Of a stretch of 47,109 bases of DNA, positions 24,318-33,354 are shown in pieces. The notes beneath the pieces are model-generated. The model was not told the DNA's origin. It searched no databases and worked only from the letters and a program-made list of their open reading frames with translations. The position numbers and the translations under genes were made by a program. Source of the stretch: an uncultured Candidatus Saccharibacteria bacterium (GTDB lineage: Bacteria; Patescibacteriota; Minisyncoccia; UBA6257; 2-01-FULL-56-20); NCBI GenBank assembly GCA_964530925.1, contig CAZHBZ010000007.1, positions 6,207 to 53,315 of the forward strand, given 5' to 3'. Numbering within the stretch: position 1 is the first letter of the stretch; the number at the start of each line of letters is the position of its first letter.

Positions 24318-25127
24318 ATGGCTAAGCCGGATGTCAAAATTTATCTAAGCGATGCGGGGCGAAGGCGCAAGCGGAAGCGCATGAGATACGTGTATCTGGC
24401 TGCCCTGCTCATCGTGTATTCAGTGGCCTTAATCTTTTGCCTGCTCGCTTTCCGCACCGGGTTGTTTCGGGCGAAGACAATAGAGGTGACGGGCAATCGC
24501 GAAGTCTCTTCGGCGGATATAATGACGGCTCTCGAGGCGCAAATTTTTAATGGGAACGGCTTGAAATATGCCCTTGGTTTTCGAAACTATTTGATTTGGC
24601 CGGATAGGTTAAAAGATCCGGGGAGGTTCTTGCCACAGATAGAATCGATTAACATTGAGAAACATTACTGGAGCAAAAAAATCGAAGTGAAGGTTGTCGA
24701 AAGGTTTCCATATGGGACTTGGTGTCTGGGGTCCGAGGCGCCGGAATGCTTTTGGTTTGATGAAAATGGCTATATTTTCAAGCGTGGCACCCCCAGCGAA
24801 GGAAATATAATTAAGTCGGTAAATGATTTCTCCGGCAGAAAGCTGGGGCTTGGGAATACCGTGCTCGACAACAGCTTTTTTCTAAACCTAAAAGGGGCGT
24901 TTGAAGTTTTGGAAAAAAGCGGCATAGGCGCGCGCGCGATTGAGCTTAAAGATTTGGCGCTCGAAGAGGTTGTCGCGAAAACCACCGAAGGACCGCTCAT
25001 TTATTTCAGCCTGCGGTTTTCCTCCGCAAACTCCGTGGAGCTTTTAGGAACGCTTGGGGAGAGCAAGTCTTTTTCAAAACTTCAGTATGTGGACTTGCGG
25101 ATTCCGAACCGCGCTTACTATAAATAA
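24318..25127 (+). CDS. FtsQ-like cell-division protein (TM + POTRA)
   Basis: TM helix YVYLAALLIVYSVALIFCLLAF, then IEVTGNREVSSADI...KIEVKVVERFPYG. The TTG at 24294 directly abuts the TAGAAT -10 (24288-24293), so the ATG at 24318 is preferred. Confidence 0.7.
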   Translation: MAKPDVKIYLSDAGRRRKRKRMRYVYLAALLIVYSVALIFCLLAFRTGLFRAKTIEVTGNREVSSADIMTALEAQIFNGNGLKYALGFRNYLIWPDRLKDPGRFLPQIESINIEKHYWSKKIEVKVVERFPYGTWCLGSEAPECFWFDENGYIFKRGTPSEGNIIKSVNDFSGRKLGLGNTVLDNSFFLNLKGAFEVLEKSGIGARAIELKDLALEEVVAKTTEGPLIYFSLRFSSANSVELLGTLGESKSFSKLQYVDLRIPNRAYYK

Positions 25128-25132
25128 TCTCT

Positions 25133-27058
25133 TTATGGCAGGCGATAAATGAAGATAGTTGTTCCGGCCTTAAAATCCGGCTTGGGGACTCCTCCCATTC
25201 CTTCGTTTGGCGGGTAGATCGCGGAAAGCCACTTATATTCATCCGCGGGGTTCCGCTTGAAATAATAGATGGGTTTGCCGAATGCGCCTTCGAGAGTATT
25301 TACGGATACGGCGAGCCAATGAATGCCGGATTCCCGCGGGTCGCCTTTAGCCGACCACCAGTTGACTGCTTGTCCGGGAAGGTAATACTCGGGTGAAGCA
25401 GCGCCGAAATAATCCACCGCAATTTTTTCTCCGTTCAATTTTTTTTCCGCCCAATCTTTGAATCTCAGGAAATCTTGCCCCCAATCATAATTGGAATCGG
25501 TAACATATCGATATCCAGTTGAAGTCCCGCCGCCCATTTCGTTGAAATAGGAAAGGAAGTTCGGAGCCGCAAACGCAGTCTCGCCAAAAAACCAGATAAG
25601 TAAAATCGCGACCAATGTTTTTTTGAGCCAGGGTTTTCCATTTTCGGACCATTTTTTCCACGCTGAAGTGAAGAGAAGGTAGAAAAGCGGAATAGTCGGC
25701 ATGAGGTGCCTGAAGCCGATATTCAAAGGGCTTCGCATGCTCATGAACCAATAAAAAGCGATAAATATGGCAAAGCTGAACTGCGCGAAATTATTCTCGA
25801 AATAAAACGACATTTTATTTCCGAATGTTTTCGTTCTGTCTCTCAACCCTCGCCAGATAGACATTGTTCCAAGGCCGAGGGCGATGACGATGAAGAGGAG
25901 GGTTGGCAATGTTTCTTTAAGTCCGAAAACTATCGGGAAATAACTTCTGGAGCCGGAGTTCGAAATTTCACCCAAAAAATAATTGGTGTTTCCGCCTGCC
26001 GCGCGCTGGGTGACCATAAGCGCGCCAAGCGCGTATTCCGCGAGCGGACTGGTCGCCGGATTTTTAGTAGCCCAAATAGTCGCCTCCGCGAGACACCTTA
26101 TCGGATTGCAGGTCTCGCCCGGGGATGGCGGTCCGCCGGCGAAGGAACTCAAAATATATTCCGTATCCGCGGTTTGTCTGGCCTGCGGATAGTTTTTTGT
26201 GAAAAGAAAGTATGCGGGATAGATAACTATTACAACACCTATCAAAAACACCAAAAAAGTCATCCAAAGTTTTTTAAAAAAAATTTTGAAAAAAGACGCG
26301 AGCCACGCTCCGAAGCCAGAATGAAGGTTGGAGTTTAAAGAAAATAAACTCCAAAAAAATACGAGCATTAAGAAAAACGGCCCGAGGAGCACCGCGGAAA
26401 ACTTTAAAAGCTGGGCGATGCCAAAGGCGACGCCGGCCCAAATAAGTTTTTTACGGGATGGACCGCTCAAGTTTCCGAGGAATGCGTAGGTTGCCAAAAG
26501 AACGCCGAACGCCGCCGCGATGTCTGTCGTCACATAGTGTCCGTGCGCTAAGACCGAGGGTGATAGGGCGAAAAGCGCGGTCGGCAGAAGGGCCCACTTT
26601 GCTCCGAAAAGATCTTTAGCTATCAAGAATATAAGGAGTGATAAAAGCAGGGTAAGGATTATCGGGAAAATCCGCGAAAGAAAAATTATTTTATCTGCGT
26701 TGTTCCCGGACTTATACAGGAAATTTGAACCCATATCCCATTGTCCGTTTACCGCCGAGGTCCAGGCGTAATCATTGGTAGGAAAATTAGGGTTTATCAA
26801 AAGTAGCGGCAGGGCGGACATAGCTTTGAGGAGCGGAGGGTGTTCGGGATTTAATCTGAAATCAAGCTCGTGAACATATCCGTATCCGGATGGTATGTGG
26901 GCTAATTCGTCCATTATTCCGGAATCGGTTTTGGCGGCGGAGAACATCAGAGCTCCGGAAACTATCAATATAATCGCAAGAGAAAAGCCAATCCATGAGG
27001 GTCTCTGCTTTGGCGCCCCATAATCCGGAATCTTCTCAAATCTCAGTGAGTTTATCAT
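25133..27058 (-). CDS. GT-C fold glycosyltransferase (family 39 / PMT_2-like)
   Basis: 641 aa, polytopic. First-loop DELAHIPSGYGY...NPEHPPLLK signature. Confidence 0.85.
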   Translation of the reverse strand: MINSLRFEKIPDYGAPKQRPSWIGFSLAIILIVSGALMFSAAKTDSGIMDELAHIPSGYGYVHELDFRLNPEHPPLLKAMSALPLLLINPNFPTNDYAWTSAVNGQWDMGSNFLYKSGNNADKIIFLSRIFPIILTLLLSLLIFLIAKDLFGAKWALLPTALFALSPSVLAHGHYVTTDIAAAFGVLLATYAFLGNLSGPSRKKLIWAGVAFGIAQLLKFSAVLLGPFFLMLVFFWSLFSLNSNLHSGFGAWLASFFKIFFKKLWMTFLVFLIGVVIVIYPAYFLFTKNYPQARQTADTEYILSSFAGGPPSPGETCNPIRCLAEATIWATKNPATSPLAEYALGALMVTQRAAGGNTNYFLGEISNSGSRSYFPIVFGLKETLPTLLFIVIALGLGTMSIWRGLRDRTKTFGNKMSFYFENNFAQFSFAIFIAFYWFMSMRSPLNIGFRHLMPTIPLFYLLFTSAWKKWSENGKPWLKKTLVAILLIWFFGETAFAAPNFLSYFNEMGGGTSTGYRYVTDSNYDWGQDFLRFKDWAEKKLNGEKIAVDYFGAASPEYYLPGQAVNWWSAKGDPRESGIHWLAVSVNTLEGAFGKPIYYFKRNPADEYKWLSAIYPPNEGMGGVPKPDFKAGTTIFIYRLP

Positions 27059-27064
27059 TCCTTA

Positions 27065-27073
27065 ATTATATCA
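27065..27073 (-). promoter_or_regulatory. extended -10 placed 6 nt before the GT-C ATG (leaderless layout)
   Basis: Minus strand: TGaTATAAT-taagga-ATG. Confidence 0.5.
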
Positions 27074-27130
27074 ATTGCGGCTTTAAATAAGGGCAAAAAA
27101 ATAATAAGATATCTTTGAGCCACTATTGCT

Positions 27131-29143
27131 ATGAAAGTTCCCAAAAAAAATATTTTCAAGAGAATGATGGACGTCCGCGCTCCAAAGGTTTTAAGGGCGG
27201 AAGAGCCTTCTGGGGGCGGAAGCGCAAAGCGGTCTTTTGATGAAGAAATATTTATTCCAAAAGCGAAGTCAAAGTCTGCCCCAAAAAATCGCGTTCCCTG
27301 GAAGAGTATTTTTCTTTCACTTCTTATATTGGTTATTTTTGGCGGAGGCTTTTGGGTATTTTCGGCATACCAATCCAAACAAGACCTTTTAAGGCAGGTG
27401 GAGAGGGGTCTCGAGGATTCGGGTTTGTCTTCCAGGTTAAATTTGTCGAGCGGAGATTCGGGAATTAACAGCTTCAGCGACGTTGTTAATAAATTCTGGC
27501 CGCTTCTAAAAGGCGGAGTCGGCGCGTACAAAGGTCTGATGAGCGGGGTTTCCGCTTGGATTGGGCTTGAACAGGATATCTCAAGCTTAAAGGGAAATAT
27601 TTCCGGATTTCTTTCCGGCGGGGAGGGAGATATTCTCACGCCTTTGAAGAAAATAAACGAAGATATTGCTTCTTTAAGCGCGGCGATAGAATCTATTGAT
27701 GCCGCCGGAGAAGAATTTAAAATTGCGGTAGATATTTCTCCGGAAGATTATTTGAATTTGAAATTGGAACTGAACTTCTGGAAGCGCGCGCTGAATTCTT
27801 TCGAGAATTGGCTTTCGACGGATAGAAAGATTATTGTTTTTCTCCAAAACACTTCGGAGATGCGTCCGACAGGAGGTTTTTGGGGGAGTTTCGCGGAGAT
27901 AAATATACGAGGCGGGAAGATTCACGATCTTGAGGTTAGGGATATCAACGAAGTCGATAGGACTTTGGAACTTCTGACCATTCCTCCCAAACCCCTTCAG
28001 GCGCTGGTTACCAACTGGCGAACCGCGGACTCCAATTGGTTCTTTGATTTTCCCGATTCCGCCGCCAAAGCCGCGGAATTCATGGACTCTTCCAAGCTCT
28101 ATGGGGATGATGGATCGAGGGTGGATATGATTGCGGCTATTTCGCCCTCGGTTATCGCGGATGTATTTAAAATCACAGGTCCGGTCAATGCTTCGAGCAC
28201 TAAAGCGGCGATAGACGAAAATAATTTTTTGGAGGAGATACAATCCGAGGTTCAGGCGGGCCAAGATGTCGGGTCGGTAAACGCGAAAAATATTTTGGAC
28301 GAAATATTCGCCGCGCTCATGCCGAAGCTCGCGTCTCTTAGCGGCGATTCGGAACAGGAGTTATTAAAAGCATTTTTTGCCCGCTTGGAATCTAAGGACA
28401 TAATGCTTTGGGCGGGCGAAGAGGAGATCGAGGCGGTGTTCAAAAGCAAAGAAGTGAGCGGAGCGATGTTTGAGATACCGCAGAAATTTGAAGGCGATTA
28501 TCTTTCTGTTGTTGTGGCGAATGTGGGCGGAGGCAAAAGCGATTATGTCATGAGCCAAAAAATATTTTTGGAAAGCCAGCTATCTCTTGATGGGGTGGTG
28601 AGCAACCATTTGGAGATTTCAAGAAAAAATAACGCCAAATCGACCGATAAGTGGTGGTATAAAATGGCCAATCAATCCTATGTGCGCGTCTACATTTCTT
28701 CGCTCGGCAAACTTCTCGCCGCCAAGGGTGGCGTCCAAAAAACCATACGCGCGCCGATAAATTATAAGAGCGCGGGATATTATCCGGATCCTTTGGTCGA
28801 AGAAATAGAATCTACCGCCCTTTCAGCGGAGAACTTCTCCTGGCTCACCACTTTTTCCGAGGCTGGTAAAACCGTTTTAGCCGCCTGGCAGAAAACCGCG
28901 AGGGGCGAGACGAGCAAGCTTTCTTACGATTATTCCCATCGATTATTCCTGTCTCCGGCCGATGGAGTTGTCTATCAATTTATTATGGATAAGCAGCCCG
29001 GCGTAAATTCGGAATACAATCTTTTCTTCACGGCGCCGGTCGGCTTTATTTGGGAGGAAAGCGGTTCACCGGTGTTCGAATATAAAAACACGGATATAAC
29101 CGCGAGGCTTACGCTTCTCCTGACTCTCCGAAAAGAGATTTAA
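27131..29143 (+). CDS. DUF4012 domain protein (N-terminal TM, large extracytoplasmic domain)
   Basis: FLQNTSEMRPTGGFWGSFAEINIRGGKI matches the DUF4012 core motif. Confidence 0.85.
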   Translation: MKVPKKNIFKRMMDVRAPKVLRAEEPSGGGSAKRSFDEEIFIPKAKSKSAPKNRVPWKSIFLSLLILVIFGGGFWVFSAYQSKQDLLRQVERGLEDSGLSSRLNLSSGDSGINSFSDVVNKFWPLLKGGVGAYKGLMSGVSAWIGLEQDISSLKGNISGFLSGGEGDILTPLKKINEDIASLSAAIESIDAAGEEFKIAVDISPEDYLNLKLELNFWKRALNSFENWLSTDRKIIVFLQNTSEMRPTGGFWGSFAEINIRGGKIHDLEVRDINEVDRTLELLTIPPKPLQALVTNWRTADSNWFFDFPDSAAKAAEFMDSSKLYGDDGSRVDMIAAISPSVIADVFKITGPVNASSTKAAIDENNFLEEIQSEVQAGQDVGSVNAKNILDEIFAALMPKLASLSGDSEQELLKAFFARLESKDIMLWAGEEEIEAVFKSKEVSGAMFEIPQKFEGDYLSVVVANVGGGKSDYVMSQKIFLESQLSLDGVVSNHLEISRKNNAKSTDKWWYKMANQSYVRVYISSLGKLLAAKGGVQKTIRAPINYKSAGYYPDPLVEEIESTALSAENFSWLTTFSEAGKTVLAAWQKTARGETSKLSYDYSHRLFLSPADGVVYQFIMDKQPGVNSEYNLFFTAPVGFIWEESGSPVFEYKNTDITARLTLLLTLRKEI

Positions 29144-29241
29144 CTTGTGCGGTCTGCGATTTTCGCTTAATCTTCCATAGACTTATCTAAAATGAAGCAT
29201 GCAAAATATATAGATAAGCGGTTTATGCTTTGCTATCTAAT

Positions 29242-29334
29242 ATGAATAACATTCGAAATTTTGTAATAACCCCGAAAGATTTATTTCATAAATCTTTCGG
29301 GGCAAGTCGCCCGTATGTTCGGTCTCCTATTTAA
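29242..29334 (+). other. 30-codon uORF whose first 9 codons mimic the lepA start (MNNIRNFVI versus MHNIRNFVI)
   Basis: ATGAATAACATTCGAAATTTTGTAATA (29242) versus ATGCATAACATAAGAAACTTTGTGATT (29344); 102-bp offset. Confidence 0.5.
29270..29302. other. perfect 13-bp stem / 7-nt loop hairpin inside the lepA leader
   Basis: CCCCGAAAGATTT-ATTTCAT-AAATCTTTCGGGG; no U-run follows on the + strand. Confidence 0.8.
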
Positions 29335-29343
29335 CTATTCAAA

Positions 29344-31137
29344 ATGCATAACATAAGAAACTTTGTGATTATTGCCCATATTGACCATGGGAAATCCACC
29401 CTCGCGGACCGGCTTCTTGAGGCCACCGGAACTGTGGAGATGCGGCGTATGCACGCGCAATATCTGGACCAACTGGACTTGGAGCGTGAACGCGGCATCA
29501 CTATAAAGATGACCCCGGTCAGAATGAATTATTCCTATAAAGGGACGGAGTATATTTTGAACCTTATCGACACTCCGGGGCATTCTGATTTCCAATATGA
29601 AGTTTCTCGCGCGCTTATGGCTGTCGAGGGAGCGATACTTTTGGTTGACGCGACCAAGGGCATTCAGGCGCAGACACTGTCTAATCTTAGGAATGCTCAA
29701 AAGGCGGGGCTAAAAATAATCGGAGCGGTCAATAAAATAGATTTGAATGTCCCGCATCTTGAAAAGACCATTTACGCGCTGGCCGAACTCTTACATACCG
29801 AGCCGGAAAACATTTTTAGGATTTCCGGTAAGACTGGCGCCGGAGTAGAAGAGCTTTTGGGCGCGGTTATAGACAACGTTCCGCCGCCGAGAGTTTCCGA
29901 CAAGGGAGAAGTGAGTCGCGCGCTCATTTTTGATTCGCTCTATAATGACCACAAAGGAATACTCGCTTATGTGCGGGTGTTCGACGGAACTTTTAAAGCC
30001 GCGGATCTCGCGGAGCTTCTGGCGACCGGAGAAGATTTTAAAGCAAAAGAAGTGGGTTGTTTTTCGCCTCAATTAAAACCAGTGGAAGTTTTGTCTGCTG
30101 GGGAGATAGGCTATATCGCGACCGGGTATAAAGAACCGGCGCTTGTGAAGATAGGAGATACGCTTGTGAGGAGGGAAATAAACTCGCCCCGCGATTTAAG
30201 CTCCCACGCCTTGCCGGGATTCAGAGACGCTATACCGACAGTTTTTATTTCGTTTTATCCTGATGGCGGCACGAAATTTGAAGAATTGGAACGGGGTTTT
30301 GAAAAATTGCGTTTGACCGACGCAGCTCTTTCTTTTGAACCAGACGCGAACGAAGCTTTGGGCCGCGGACTTAAGGTCGGATTTTTGGGGCAGCTTCATT
30401 TTGAGATAACTTCGGCGCGGCTCTCTCGCGAATTTGGTTTGGAGTTTTTAACGAGTTTCCCATCCATTGCTTATCGAGTGCGCGCGGGGAAAACTGAAAA
30501 AATTATAAAAGAACCCCATGCCTTCCCGGAAAACCCGGACGAGGTTTGGGAGCCGATAATCAAGATAGAGATATTGACCCCGAAAGAATACCTTCAGAAA
30601 GTGCTTTCCATTCAAACCGCCTACGAGGTGAATGTGGAAGAGGTGCACAATGTCGGCGAGAATCTTTTGATAACCGGAACCATGCCCCTTTCCGAATTAA
30701 TCCGTGATTTTGATGACCAATTGAAATCCGTTTCCGCGGGATACGCTTCTTTTAGCTATGAATTTTTTGGAGAGCGCAAAACAGACGCCGAGAGATTGGA
30801 TATTTTGGTCGCGGGAGATGTTGTTCCGGCGCTTACGAGGGTAGTTAGAAAAACCGAGGTTGAGCGCGAGGCGCGAGCGACCGTAGAGCGGCTAAAGGAG
30901 CTATTACCCAAGGCCCAGTTTACGCAAGCCATACAGGCGCAAACCCACGGGCGAATAATCGCGAGAGAAACGATAACCGCGGCCAAAAAGCAGCTTGGCG
31001 ATTTCGGAAAGAACGGAGGCGATATAACCCGAAAAATGAAGCTATGGCGCAAGCAGAAGAGGGGGAAGGAGAGGCTTCTCGAAAGGGGAAAAGTGAACCT
31101 GACACCGGAGGTATTTCGCGAGATACTTAAGAAGTAA
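29344..31137 (+). CDS. lepA: elongation factor 4
   Basis: IRNFVIIAHIDHGKSTLADRLL, DTPGH, NKID, plus a LepA-specific C-terminal domain. Confidence 0.96.
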   Translation: MHNIRNFVIIAHIDHGKSTLADRLLEATGTVEMRRMHAQYLDQLDLERERGITIKMTPVRMNYSYKGTEYILNLIDTPGHSDFQYEVSRALMAVEGAILLVDATKGIQAQTLSNLRNAQKAGLKIIGAVNKIDLNVPHLEKTIYALAELLHTEPENIFRISGKTGAGVEELLGAVIDNVPPPRVSDKGEVSRALIFDSLYNDHKGILAYVRVFDGTFKAADLAELLATGEDFKAKEVGCFSPQLKPVEVLSAGEIGYIATGYKEPALVKIGDTLVRREINSPRDLSSHALPGFRDAIPTVFISFYPDGGTKFEELERGFEKLRLTDAALSFEPDANEALGRGLKVGFLGQLHFEITSARLSREFGLEFLTSFPSIAYRVRAGKTEKIIKEPHAFPENPDEVWEPIIKIEILTPKEYLQKVLSIQTAYEVNVEEVHNVGENLLITGTMPLSELIRDFDDQLKSVSAGYASFSYEFFGERKTDAERLDILVAGDVVPALTRVVRKTEVEREARATVERLKELLPKAQFTQAIQAQTHGRIIARETITAAKKQLGDFGKNGGDITRKMKLWRKQKRGKERLLERGKVNLTPEVFREILKK

Positions 31138-31433
31138 TGCTCAAGAACGTCTTAATAGTCATATTTATCGCTCTGCTTATTTTTGCCGGAGTGGAGCTCA
31201 TATCTCTTCTCGGGCAGAGGGAATCTATCGCCGCGCAGTCGGAGGACATCAGAAAGGAGCTTGAAGAAGCCAGGGTGGAAAAAGGAAAGTTGGAGGCTGA
31301 TATTCAATACATCTCTATCCCGGAAAACCTAGAAAAAGAATTGCGCGCTCGTTTTCATTATCAGGATCCCGAGGAAAAAGTTCTCATTCTAGTTCCGCGC
31401 GATAATGCGACTACTTCCGTGAAAACTCCATGA
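31137..31433 (+). CDS. FtsB/DivIC-like septum formation initiator
   Basis: N-terminal TM plus coiled coil (ELEEARVEKGKLEADIQ). TAATG overlap with lepA. Confidence 0.6.
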   Translation: MLKNVLIVIFIALLIFAGVELISLLGQRESIAAQSEDIRKELEEARVEKGKLEADIQYISIPENLEKELRARFHYQDPEEKVLILVPRDNATTSVKTP

Positions 31434-31436
31434 ATA

Positions 31437-31480
31437 ACCACAAACAAAAATCCCCCACGCGGGGGATTTTTGTTTGTGGT
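31437..31480. terminator. bidirectional terminator, perfect 20-bp stem
   Basis: ACCACAAACAAAAATCCCCC-ACGC-GGGGGATTTTTGTTTGTGGT. Confidence 0.85.
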
Positions 31481-31482
31481 TA

Positions 31483-32274
31483 TTATTTTATTTCGTAGGT
31501 CAGATATACGCTGACTTTCACGTCTTGCGATCCAACTTCTATGGTCGGAGCGGGCGCGACGGATTTAGTAAGATACATATCTTCGGCGGAGCCTCCTCCC
31601 ATGCCGTAGACTATCGGACCATTGCCGTCATTTATACTAACGGATACCAGGCGTCCGACTCGGAATCCGCCTTCATCCGCGATTGCTTTGGCTTTGGCTT
31701 GGGCTTTATTGAAGGCTTCGGTTCGGGCAGCGGCTTTCGCGGATTCTGGATCGTCGAGGGTGAAGTTCAGCTGCGAAACATTATTCGCGCCGTTATCGAC
31801 CACGCCGGAGAGGATGTCGCCGGCCTTTTTAAGCTCTCTAACTTTGACGGAGACCGTTTGATTTACGGTGTAACCGACAATGGTCGGCGGAGGGCACACG
31901 GTGTCGCTCCTGCTGCTAATATAGCTGCAGCTCGAATACTGATAACGAGGCTGTAGGTTGTAGCCTTCGGTCTTAATGTCCTTTTCTTCGATTCCCTGGT
32001 CCTTCAAAAAGTTTATCGCTTTATTTATTTTCTCGGTGTTTTGGGTTTGAAGCGCGGCAACATCTTTGCCGCCTTCGGTTATTACCCCAAAGCTGAAGCT
32101 TGCTATGTCCGGTATAACCACAGATTTTCCTTCTCCGGAAACGCTGAAGCTTCGGTAAGAGCCAGGCTGAAGAGAGTCCGCGTAAGCTCCCACATAACGC
32201 CAGCCTGCTATCGCTACTATTATTATTCCGACCGTTCCCGCAATTCCGAGATAATTTTTAATTTTTTGTTCCAT
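31483..32274 (-). CDS. SIMPL (DUF541) domain protein
   Basis: SFSVSGEGKSVVIPDIASFSFGV...NLQPRY pattern with an N-terminal TM helix. Confidence 0.85.
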   Translation of the reverse strand: MEQKIKNYLGIAGTVGIIIVAIAGWRYVGAYADSLQPGSYRSFSVSGEGKSVVIPDIASFSFGVITEGGKDVAALQTQNTEKINKAINFLKDQGIEEKDIKTEGYNLQPRYQYSSCSYISSRSDTVCPPPTIVGYTVNQTVSVKVRELKKAGDILSGVVDNGANNVSQLNFTLDDPESAKAAARTEAFNKAQAKAKAIADEGGFRVGRLVSVSINDGNGPIVYGMGGGSAEDMYLTKSVAPAPTIEVGSQDVKVSVYLTYEIK

Positions 32275-32501
32275 TTATTTTTTTATTTGTCCGGCTCTTT
32301 GCCCGGAATCGACTTCTATATTATAACCCTGACTTAAAAAACGGAGAAATTCGCGCTAAAAACACGCGTAAATTATCGACCTATTCAATATAACGAGTGG
32401 GGGAGAAAAATAGTTCCGCCAAAGATATTTGACTTTTCCAAGAATTGTTATATTATTCTGACAGCAGAAGTTGATATCCGAGAAAATAGGAGGCGAGAAA
32501 A

Positions 32502-33197
32502 ATGAAGAGGAACCTGGCAATCGCGCTGGCAATCGCAATGGTTTTCTACACCTTTCCGGTTCGCGCGGCAGAAGAACCGATTTATCACTTTTTCAATATC
32601 GGCGCGCGCCCAGTGGACCCCAATCGGCAAATCGACTGGGCAACGGAATGCCGGGTGGAGCTCACAGAACCCTCACCGACGGTCAGGCTCTCTTTCCTGA
32701 AAAACGGAGAGGTGGGCGAGACTCGACCGGGGAACATCCGTTCCGGCTACGTTGTCGTGGTCGATAAGGTGACCGGCTTCGCGAAGTGGGTTTCGCTTTG
32801 CGGGAATGATGTCACGGAGCCCAAAAACTGGATTCCGATCGGGCGTAAGGAGTGCGGGAGCGAACCTGCCCCGACCGCTACGCCTTCCGCAACCGCTCCA
32901 TCTCCCGCGGTGGAATCCGCGCCGGCGGCTGTCGTTGAAGTTCCTGCCGCGCCAGTGGTCGCCCCTCCGGCGTCCACGCCGATTCCAACGCCAGCTCCTG
33001 CCTCCGACGAGGGTAAGGGTAAGAAAAACGGCTGGAAGACGGTGGGCAACATCCTTTTGGGCGTCGGAATCGGCGCCGCGGTCTGCGCCCTGGTTGGGAA
33101 ATGCGATTTTTTCCGGGGCGGCAGTCCTATCGGCAACGGCAATGGCGGTCCCGCTCCGGACCCGCCTAACGGCCCCACTGGGAATCCTCCAAACTGA
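32502..33197 (+). CDS. secreted protein with Pro/Ala/Thr-rich linker, C-terminal TM and Gly/Pro/Asn tail
   Basis: Signal peptide ending VRAAEE. PAPTATPSATAPSPAVESAPAAVVEVPAAPVVAPPASTPIPTPAP. TM LLGVGIGAAVCALVG. Confidence 0.6.
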   Translation: MKRNLAIALAIAMVFYTFPVRAAEEPIYHFFNIGARPVDPNRQIDWATECRVELTEPSPTVRLSFLKNGEVGETRPGNIRSGYVVVVDKVTGFAKWVSLCGNDVTEPKNWIPIGRKECGSEPAPTATPSATAPSPAVESAPAAVVEVPAAPVVAPPASTPIPTPAPASDEGKGKKNGWKTVGNILLGVGIGAAVCALVGKCDFFRGGSPIGNGNGGPAPDPPNGPTGNPPN

Positions 33198-33209
33198 TTC
33201 TTTTTCTCC

Positions 33210-33241
33210 GGCCCCGACTCCTCTGTCGGGGCCTTTTTTTA
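33210..33241 (+). terminator. rho-independent terminator
   Basis: GGCCCCGAC-TCCTCT-GTCGGGGCC followed by TTTTTTTA. Confidence 0.85.
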
Positions 33242-33290
33242 TTCAAAAATAAGGGTAATATAGGCAACGAGGGGAAGGGCTTTTGGGGCA

Positions 33291-33319
33291 TTGACATGGG
33301 AACCTCTATATGGTAAAAT
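33291..33319 (+). promoter_or_regulatory. promoter of the giant surface-protein gene
   Basis: TTGACA (33291-33296), 17-nt spacer ending TGg, TAAAAT (33314-33319). Confidence 0.6.
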
Positions 33320-33354
33320 TGCGGCACGCAAAGTCAGATTAAAAAAACAAAAAA

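Noticed and set aside
27055-27639. 194-aa minus-strand ORF overlapping the DUF4012 gene start and the divergent promoter region
   Set aside because: It is antisense to a motif-supported CDS and would run through the intergenic promoter. Its composition is non-protein-like.
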